Shown here in pieces: positions 54,200 to 64,000 of a stretch of 64,000 bases of DNA (its first letter is position 1; every line of letters starts with the position of its first letter). The notes beneath the pieces were generated by a model. That model saw only the letters and a program-made list of their open reading frames with translations. It was not told where the DNA came from and ran no database searches. This DNA comes from Eledone cirrhosa (lineage: Eukaryota). The translations under genes and the position numbers were made by a program. The stretch spans positions 50,096,001-50,160,000 of the forward strand of contig OZ024745.1 of the NCBI GenBank assembly GCA_964016885.1, given 5' to 3'.

Positions 54200-55780
54200 G
54201 GGAGTACATGATGAGGTCTATGGAGCTTTCATTAAGGAGATCTTTAAGTCTCCTTTCCCACCATACGATGAAAAGGTTGGCAACATCACCAGCTATGCTG
54301 ACGCCGATGGCTGCCCCCTCATTTTGGGTGTAGATTTTCTCATTGAACTTAAATATGTGGCCCTTTAGGGTAGTTTTGATACTAGCCCCTATTGCATGTG
54401 CGACCATTTTTCTTACCTGATCATAGTTTTGGGGGGTCCGTATAGCTTTGGTCCACCCAATCCACCTTCCCATGGGAGTCTTTTTTTCCATTGAGGTTAT
54501 GGTGGGGGGTCTACCTCTTATGGGTCTACTAGGGCAGAAACATCTAAGGTCATGAGTATACGAAGGAGCCATGGAAAAGTATAAGACCCTCATAGAACTG
54601 GACATGAAAGGAATTTGCCCATTATACAGGAGCAAATCATGGAATAGCTTAGATAGGGCTAGACATAAGATAGGGAAAGCCACATCATGGTACGACAACC
54701 AGAGATACCAGAGTGTCATGTTTGTGGACGCCACCGCTGGAGGGAAATTAGCTAACCAGTGTAGAAAGGCCCTGAGAAGGACCCACTTAAAAATAAAGGT
54801 GGTAGAAAAGCCAGGAACCACCATAAAATCCCTGATCAGCAAAACTTACCCTTTTAAGAAAATCCACTGTACCAATAGGAAATGTATCATATGTAAGGTG
54901 AACCCCCGGATAAACTGTAAAACTAGAAACGTAGTCTATAGCATAAGATGTACAGAGGGTACTTGCAGAAACATGACAACAACATACATAGGTGAGACAG
55001 CTTGTAGCATAGGTGAAAGGATAGACCAACACTGGGGGAACTAAAAGGACGAAAAAACGGGTCAGTACTATACGAACATGCTAGACAACAACATGACGGT
55101 AACATAGACAACATAGAAATTAGAATAATATCTAAACATAGAAATGACCCAGCAGATAGGCAAATCAGAGAGGCCAGTGAAATAGAAATTAGAAGACCAA
55201 AGCTAAACAGAAAGAATGAGTGGAATAGCAACAACAACCAAACAAACAACACTGACCTAAGAGAAGTATAAATAAGTAAATAAAATAAGATAAATAAATA
55301 CATACACAAGCACAATAACAACAAGCACATAAACACACACTAGTCACCCAGCAAACACAACACTATACACACTAGTCACACAGCAAACATAACACTATAC
55401 ACACACGCAAACGCATGCGCAAAGAAGACAAAATAAAATAAACAAACAAGCAAATAAATAAATAAATATATAGACAGACTGAATAAAAAATGGCGTAGAC
55501 ATACAACACAACAGGAGGAAAATATAACACCACTGACGATGTTGCAGATGTGCAACGAAAGATTTATGTAAATTATGTAAACTATATATATGTGTTCATG
55601 TCTATATTGTATCTGTGATATTTTTGACCGTCGGTCAGTCAATGGCAACATTGAGGACCGAGTAAGCTAGATTACAGATATAAAAGACAGCGAGAAGCGA
55701 AAACCAACCAAACAGTGAGTGTGTTCTGTTATTAATTCTGGCAATATTACACAAATATGACCCTCCCCAAGTATAACAAT
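54200..55780 (+). mobile_element. Penelope-like element with inverted 5' RT segment
   Basis: 54200-54560 (-) FKFNEKIYTQNEGAAIG...ANLF; 54560-55230 (+) C-terminus and RNVVYSIRC...YIGET...RIDQH; hammerhead-like CTGACGA-T-GTTGCA..TGCAAC-GAAA at 55533-55560; ends in (TA)n. Confidence 0.85.
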
Positions 55781-55905
55781 ATATATTTATATTTATATAT
55801 ATATATTTATATATATATATTTATATATATATATATTTATATATATTTATATATATTTATATATATATATTTATATATATTTATATATATATATTTATAT
55901 ATATT

Positions 55906-55940
<35 letters not shown>

Positions 55941-55941
55941 T

Positions 55942-56013
<72 letters not shown>

Positions 56014-56104
56014 TGTATATATATTTCGTTTCTGAATTTGTTTAGCAAGATTCTTTATCTGAAAACGTGTGTTGAAAACGTGAGTTGAATCCGATATTGT
56101 TAAA

Positions 56105-57675
56105 CTTAAAGAACAATTAGAAGACCCCTTAACCCTGATAATGTACTCCCGCTACGTTGATGATATAAACATCGTAGTTAAAACACCCCCACTAGAGAAC
56201 AGTCAAGAATTAGAAAAAAACACAATGGAAAGCATCCAGAAAATAGCTAACTCCATCCACCAGAGTATTAGAGTCACTATAGACTACCCAAGCAAACACC
56301 CCAACCATCGATTACCTGTACTAGACACAGAACTCTGGTTAGATACCATTAATAACAACAAACAAATCCTCCATTCCCATTATGCCAAACCCATGACTTC
56401 CAAATATCTGATCCACCGAAACTCAGTTTCGGACCATACCAAAATCAACATACTGACTGCGGATTTGGTACGGGTGATGAGAAACGTGTCCCGCATGTGC
56501 AACCCCGAAGAACTAGAGAGACACATACAACACTTCCTCCACCGTATGCAGTTCTCTGGTTACAATCAGAGAGATAAAATCAGAGTATATAGAGGAGCCA
56601 GAACCAAATGGGAAAAAATGGTAAATAATGATACAAATGGGACCTGCCCCTTGTATAGGTGCAAATTTTGGAATAGAATAGAAAGAACTAGGAATAAGGC
56701 TAATAGAATAAACTCATGGTATGATAGCAATAAATACCAGAGTGTAATGTTCATCGATACAACTCCTAGAGGTGAATTAGCTTACAAATTTAGAAGGGCC
56801 CTAGATAAACATAAACTCAATATTAAGATAGTAGAAAGATCAGGTACCTCCATAAAAACACTTATTAGCAAGACATACCCTTTTCAAAGACCTCCCTGTA
56901 TAGATAAGAAATGTATAATCTATAAATTAAGCCCCCATATTAACTGTAAAACTAGAAATGTAGTATATAGCATAATATGTACTGAAGGATAATGTAGAGA
57001 TAAAAATATAGTGTACATAGGTGAGACAGCTGGTAGTATAGGGGAACGGATAAATGAACACTGGCGACACCTTCAAAATAGTAATCATCTGTACTCTACC
57101 AACATGCTAAAATAGAACATAAGGGTAAATTAGAGAACATAGAAATAAAAATAGAATCTACACACAGAAAAGACGCAATATTTAGACAAATCACAGAGGC
57201 AATAAACATAAATGAACTCCAACCAAAATTAAATAGAAAACATGAGTGGAACAGCAACATCACAACTTACAATTAAGGACAAAATGAAAACACACACGCA
57301 CATAGAACAAACAACCAACCAGTCACATGTAAATAAACAAATAAATAAACGAATATAAACACACACAGACACCCGGATGTAACACATGCGCAAACTAAGC
57401 ACACAACACACACACAAAAACAAGATGGCGTAGGACAGAACAAAGGAGAGGCACAAAAAAACAAAGAAAATAATCCCCAGTCACTGAAGAGGTCACAGAA
57501 TGTGTGACGAAAGAACTTTGACAATATATAAACAAACATCTGGTTGTGGAACCAACCAGCCAACCGGAAATTTAAAATTCCTAAATTTATAAATTTATTA
57601 TAATAAATTGAAGTGAAAGTAACTGGTGCGTGTGTTTCTTATTGGCAACAAGACCCTCCCAAAGTATAACAATAT
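56105..57675 (+). mobile_element. 5'-truncated Penelope-like element (RT C-terminus + GIY-YIG)
   Basis: YSRYVDD, LPVLD, RNVVYSIIC, YIGET; hammerhead GTCA-CTGAAGA-G-GTCACA..TGTGAC-GAAA-GAAC-TT-TGAC at 57480-57522. Confidence 0.9.
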
Positions 57676-57748
57676 ATATATATATATTTATATAAATGAA
57701 AAGTATAGAAATTGTTGTAGCGAGAAGTTAACAGCATACCATAACATA

Positions 57749-57974
<226 letters not shown>

Positions 57975-57975
57975 T

Positions 57976-58006
<31 letters not shown>

Positions 58007-58041
58007 ATATTTATATATTTATATATATATATATATTTATA

Positions 58042-58176
<135 letters not shown>

Positions 58177-58259
58177 ATTTATATATATATATATTTATAT
58201 ATATATATTTATATATATATATATATATTTATATATATTTATATATATCTATATATATA

Positions 58260-59138
58260 TATTGTTATACTTTGGGAGGGTCATGTTGCCAATAAGAAAC
58301 ACACGCACCAGTTGCTTTCACTTCAATTTATTATATATTTATAAATTTACAAATTTACAAATTTCTGGTTGGTTGGTTGGTTCCACAACCAGATAGTTGT
58401 TTATATATAGTCATAGTCCTTTCGTCACACACTCTGTGACCTCTTCAGTGACTGGGGATTCCTTTCTTCGTTTCTGTGCCTTTCCTTTCTTCTATCCTAC
58501 GCCATTTTGTTTCTGTGTGTGTGTTGTGTGCTCAGTTTGCGCATGCGCCACATCCGGGTGTCTGTGTGTGTTTGTGTTCATTTATCTATTTGTTTATTTA
58601 TTTATTTATTTATTGTTGGTTGTTTGTTCTATCTGTGTGTGTGTTTTCATTTTGTCCTGTGTGTGTTTTCATTTTGTGTGTGTTTTCATTTTGTCCTTAA
58701 TTGTAAGTTGTTTGTTCTATGTGTGTGTGTGTTTTCATTTCACTCATATTTTCTATTTAATTTTGGTTTTAATTCTTTTATGCTTACTGCCTCTGTAATT
58801 TGCCTAAACATTGCGTCTTTTCTGTGTGTGGATTCTATTTTTATTTCTATGCTCTCTAATCTACCCCTGTGTTCTATCTTAGCATGTTGGTAGAGCACAG
58901 ATGATTCTTTATTATCTTGGAGGTCTCGCCAGTGTTCATTTATTCGTTCCCCTATACTACGAGCTGTCTCACCTATGTACACTATATTTTTGTTTCTACA
59001 TTGTCCTTCAGTACATCTTATGCTATACACTACATTTCTAGTTTTACAGTTAATATGGGGGCTTATTTTACAGGTTATACATTTCTTATCTATACATGAG
59101 GGTCTTTGGAACGGGTATGTCTTGCTAATAAGTGTTTT
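58260..59138 (-). mobile_element. 5'-truncated Penelope-like element, tail-to-tail with the previous copy
   Basis: VYSIRC...[16 protein letters not shown]...RQITEAV; hammerhead AGTCA-CTGAAGA-G-GTCACA..TGTGAC-GAAA-GGAC-TA-TGACT at 58409-58453. Confidence 0.9.
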
Positions 59139-59215
59139 ATTTATATATATCTCTCTCTCTATATATATATATTTATATATATCTATATATATATATATAT
59201 ATTTATATATATCTA

Positions 59216-59254
<39 letters not shown>

Positions 59255-59441
59255 TTATATATATATCTATATTTATATATATCTATATATATATATATTT
59301 ATATATATATATATATGAAGACAAACATAGAATATTCGAAACTATTCTGTATGTTTATAATAAACATTTTGAAGACCCAATCGCTATAGAATAGAATACG
59401 TCACGTATTACAATTTGAGATTCTCGATAAAAGTAAGGGAA

Positions 59442-59484
59442 GTAACCTACGCGTTTCATTCTTGTTAGAAATCATCAGGATTAC
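59442..59484 (-). ncRNA. Canonical minimal type I hammerhead
   Basis: GTAATC-CTGATGA-T-TTCT-AACA-AGAA-T-GAAA-CGCG-TA-GGTTAC, in a ~260-bp island between (TA)n tracts. Confidence 0.85.
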
Positions 59485-59601
59485 ATATCCAATACTTTTA
59501 TCGAGAATGACACAGCTAGAGACTTATAGAATACTTAGCTGTGTACAGGAACTGGTTTGATAGAGCGGTAGCCGGTCCGGATATATATTTATATATATAT
59601 C

Positions 59602-59638
<37 letters not shown>

Positions 59639-59690
59639 CTATATATATATAAATTGGAAATTTAAGACGCTGGTCTGAGACTTTTACTTC

Positions 59691-59725
59691 CCTCCGAAGA
59701 AGAGATATTATCTCGAAAATTAAGG
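59691..59725 (+). ncRNA. Minimal hammerhead with one core substitution (U4C)
   Basis: CCT-CCGAAGA-A-GAGAT-ATT-ATCTC-GAAA-AT-TA-AGG. Confidence 0.55.
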
Positions 59726-59839
59726 ACATTTAAATAAATTCAAGGTGAAAGACGAATTCTCATCAATATCTCTCACTATTGCATTCTTTTTTCTATGTCC
59801 ATATCTGCATTGTCTTGGCCTTATTACACATATTCTAAC

Positions 59840-60031
<192 letters not shown>

Positions 60032-60044
60032 TTATATACATTAT

Positions 60045-60355
60045 ACCCCTGGCATACACGGATTTTTTCGTAGAACCTAAATAATAATTGTTCGTGCAAA
60101 CCATATTCGCGGAATCGTAAACATCTTCCGCGATTATTTAAATGGCTTTTTTCCTGGCAATATATATATATGAAGCGTTTTAACGCAAAATTAGTAACAA
60201 TATACCGTATTTGCCGGCCTATATTTTGCATTATGTTTTGACGTTTATAGGCACTTTTATGGACCACGTCCAATATTCGTGGTTTTTCACTTTTCGCCGG
60301 CGTTACGTTCCTAGAGCACACGCGAAGAGTGAAAAACCGGGAATACCGTGGGAAA
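60045..60355. mobile_element. Tigger-type MITE related to 521-862
   Basis: Shared TAGAACCTAA.TAATAATTGTTCGT and AATATACCGTATTTGC.GGCCTATATTTT. Confidence 0.6.
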
Positions 60356-60994
60356 AATTTATTGGTTACTCTCTCATTGAGTGCTTTGTGACAGACTTCG
60401 AAAATCGATTGCGATTCTGCTACTCGCAGCTGCAACTTCGGTTATACTCATTATTATTATTTTCTGCTAACCTTTATAATTAATTAATCAATTGATTGTT
60501 TAATTGTTTGTTTGAAAACCTAATTGAGAGCTTACTTCGAGGCTGTGAATAAATTGCTTTGTTCACACTTTTGAATGTACCCGCCAAATTTACTACTACA
60601 GTCGAAAGGCAATGTTGTCACTTAAGCCGTGGAAAGTGGATACAGGAACGAAAGACCTGTTGACGAAGGGAAATCCCTGTTCCATCTTAGGATAAATTAC
60701 TGACGTGCATACACATTACGCAACTTGGAGTGTAGGTTCCGATTTCCCAGAAACCTATTAAAGATGTTTATCTAATATCTATCGATCAGATCCATGTTCG
60801 TCTTTAACCTGTCTGTATTTTTCGTTGTTGTAGTATTAAGGTGGCAGCATGCTCCTGGTCGCATTTTTCATTGTGTCACTATTACCTAACTTATTGTGAT
60901 TACTCTGAGGAGTAATTTATTGATTACTCTCTCATTAAGTGCTTTGTGACAACCTTCAAAAATTGATTGCGAATCTGTTACTCGCAGCTGCAAC
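60356..60994 (+). mobile_element. Partial tandem (558-bp period) non-coding element with decayed large hammerhead
   Basis: ~80-bp diverged direct repeat 60356-60436 / 60914-60994; fold at 60654-60792. Confidence 0.55.
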
Positions 60995-61540
60995 CAACAT
61001 CAAAAACTGTCGGACCACCACCAGCACCGAAACCAATCCAAGGGGAAAACGAGGAAAGCTCCCCCTCCCTACCCTTCCAATTATACACATAGAAAAAACA
61101 ATAAATGTACACACAGACACAGATACACTCACAGCCACAGACCCTTTGTCTTTCAGCAGTGAAGATGAAGGAAAACCCCAAAGTGCCAAAAAACATAAGA
61201 GAAAACTCACCCCCAAAATGCCCCAAAAAAACAAAAAAACATACACAACAAAAAATACAGACACTACTAACGCAAACACTTCCCCAATAACACGAACATC
61301 AACATCAACACCACCCCACAATCCCCGAAACACAAACAACCTAAACAAACACAAGAAGAAATAAACACACAGACACCTGAAATTGCAGACACCACACCTA
61401 CAACAAACACAGACATACCCGAAACAACACCACCAAAACCATCACCACCACAGTCACCAAAACGAAAACAAATAAAACCACACCAACAAAACATTAAAAA
61501 CTTCGTAAATAAAAGATATCCATACACGCACGCACACGCG

Positions 61541-61671
<131 letters not shown>

Positions 61672-61724
61672 CCAGACATACACACAAGGAGGTATATCAT
61701 TCTTACAGAGTACCCGTCTACGCC

Positions 61725-64000
61725 CCAACAGGGGCAGAATGGCCAGATTTCTTCAGACGTCTAGAGACATTTCTTGGAACGTCCCGCTCTTTAGTGTTAG
61801 TGGGCAACTGGAACGGGATCTTAGATGCACGCTGGGATTATGTGGGGTTAGTAGACAGAAGAGGAGGGTGTAAAAGCCTCAACAACATGCTCAGACGTTT
61901 TGAACTGTCTGACAGGTATAGACTGGATTATCCGAATGTGCCAATGTGGACATGGGCAAACCGCATCGGGTCATCCAGATCGTATTTAGATAGGATATTC
62001 TGTAGGGAAACAGATAAGGCTAGTGTAAGTTGTCCACAATTTAAAATAATCGACTACACGGACCACAAATTTGTGATATGGGAAGTTGACTTAGATAGAC
62101 TCCATGGGCAAGGGCCCGGCTACTGGAAGCTAAACGCGTCGTTCCCGGTGTGCAAAGCTTACAGAGATCGGATTAGCGAATTAGTTAAGCGTGCGTTGAC
62201 AGGTGCGATCGTCAACAACAGGTGGTGGTTTAACCTGAAAAGGGCTATTAGAATAGAATCGATAAAGTTTAGCAAAGGAGTAGTGATTGAGGAAAATAGA
62301 GTAGAGGAAGAGCTAATTAGAAAGCTAGAAGAGGCGTTTGTGACAGGCATCACAACCGACGAGCTAGCGGCGAGATTGGCGCACGACCAATTCTCTCAAT
62401 GCAAAGTATGAAGGATGCCTTGTCAGATCTAGAGCGCATGCTCTGAGACACGAGGGGACGAAAGCCGTTCAATGGACCCGGGTGATGGAGGCGCGACGTG
62501 GCAACAAATCCACAATTCGGTCTTTGCCTGATTAAAATGGGCGCATGTTGCTCGAGCCCGAGCAGATGTGTGTGGCTTTTCAACAGCACTTTGCTCAATT
62601 GTTCGGGAGCGGCGGCGGGTCGGATCGGACTATGGACTTCGGTGCATACCTCGAAGGACTGACGCGACTTTCGAGGACCGCAGCGCGGTGCTGCGAAAAG
62701 CCGATAACAGCAGGTAAAATACGGGAAGCGATGTCTGACTGCAGGAGGGGTAAATCGCCAGGTTTGGATGGTCTGCTCTACGAGCTTTATGCGTACATGA
62801 CAGACTTGTTCGGCGACCTCTTGACAGATGTCTATTGCAGCTGGCAGCAGAACGGGAGCATTCCCAGTTTTGTGAGCCGGGGAGCGTTGGTGCTGCTGAA
62901 AAAAAGAGCCGAACAAGGGGGACGTTATAGACAACTTCAGGCCCATAACTCTGCTAAACGCAGAGTTCAATATTTTGGCCAAGTTGTTAGCAAAGAGATT
63001 GGAGCTTGTCGTCGCTGATCTGGTGGGACAGGCGCAGACATGCGCCATTCCAGACAGATCCATCCACGACAACCTCCACCTCATGCGATACATCATAGAG
63101 AGGGTGGTTAAGGAACCTGTCACGGGTGGGGCGCTGATCAACTTAGATCAATCTAAGGCATTTGATAGGGTCGACCATCGGTACCTGGCGGTGGTCCTCG
63201 AGGCGGCTGGTTTCGGACCCATTTTCAGGGGTTGGATCGCTGCGATGCACAGCGACATCTGCTCAGTTGTGAAGGTGAACGGTCATCTGTCACAGCCGTT
63301 CAGCATCATGCGCTCGGTCTGCCAGGGTTGTCGCCTCTCGTCGCCCTTGTACGCATTGGCCCTAGAGCCGTTACTGCACAATTTGGAGGCGATGAGAGAC
63401 GTCCCACGTGAACTGGGATGTGGGAGATCCGTATAGGCTTACGCCAAAGACGTCACCGTGGTGGTGTCAAGCACCGGGCATATCCAGATGTTCGGCACCG
63501 CTCTGAAGAAATATGAAGCAGTGACAGGAGCAAAGTTAATCCAGGAAAAGATGGTGGGCTTGCAGCTCGGCACTTGGAGAGGCAAGTCCATGTCACCCGA
63601 CAGCGTCGTGGGGAGCTGGACGAAAAGACCGGTTAAATTGCTTGGGGTCTGATTCGGTCCGGACCTCCAGATGGAGAAAAACTGGAGCGAGGTGACGAAC
63701 AGGGTGGTCTTTCTCACCCAGAAATGGGCCGAGAGGAAGCTGTCCCCGAAAGGTCGGGCAGAGGTGGCGAATGCGTTCATCGCATCCGTCATCTGCTACC
63801 GCCTAACCCTTATGCTTTGCCCCGGCCCAACTCTGACAAAAATGGAGTGCCTCCTCTTCCGCTTTTTATGGAAGGGACGTGCTCCCATGGTGAGACGATC
63901 CATTTCCTGTCAACACCCGTTGCGTGGAGGGCTGGGCATGCAGTGGCTGATGATGCGCAAACACGCGCTGAGGCTGCGACATCTCTGGTGCTTCCTTGAC
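61725..64000 (+). mobile_element. Frameshifted Tx1/L1-clade LINE (APE + RT) running off the window; low-complexity ORF1-like region at 60995-61520
   Basis: SYLDR, TDH, YWKLN, KSPGLDGL, DQSKAFDRVDH, SVCQGCRLS, AYAKDVTV. Confidence 0.9.

Overview
Repeat-saturated animal genomic DNA, probably octopus/coleoid cephalopod (inferred from the SINE core and the (TA)n/(CA)n/(ATAC)n/(GATA)n load; not verified). No host protein-coding gene is recognisable, and most ORF-track entries are microsatellite or antisense artefacts. The window is a mosaic of transposons: one RTE LINE with an uninterrupted 1017-aa ORF, several Tx1/L1-clade LINE copies, several Penelope-like (GIY-YIG) elements, CRE-like and R4-like fragments, Helitrons, Tigger, hAT, MITEs and SINEs. 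The main unannotated signal is RNA structure: about 18 type I hammerhead-ribozyme motifs, found by eye, from roughly 10 families. The strongest candidate is a non-coding ~610-615-bp tandem element (51300-52502, diverged relative at 16189-17023) with one large hammerhead per unit, a non-canonical U3-A8 core and a fixed 3' end at (TA)n. This looks like a large retrozyme/circular-RNA retroelement. A decayed 558-bp element of similar architecture lies at 60356-60994, and the intact RTE ORF takes its first ATG from a piece of the ~610-bp element. All folds were read manually; none was computed or tested.
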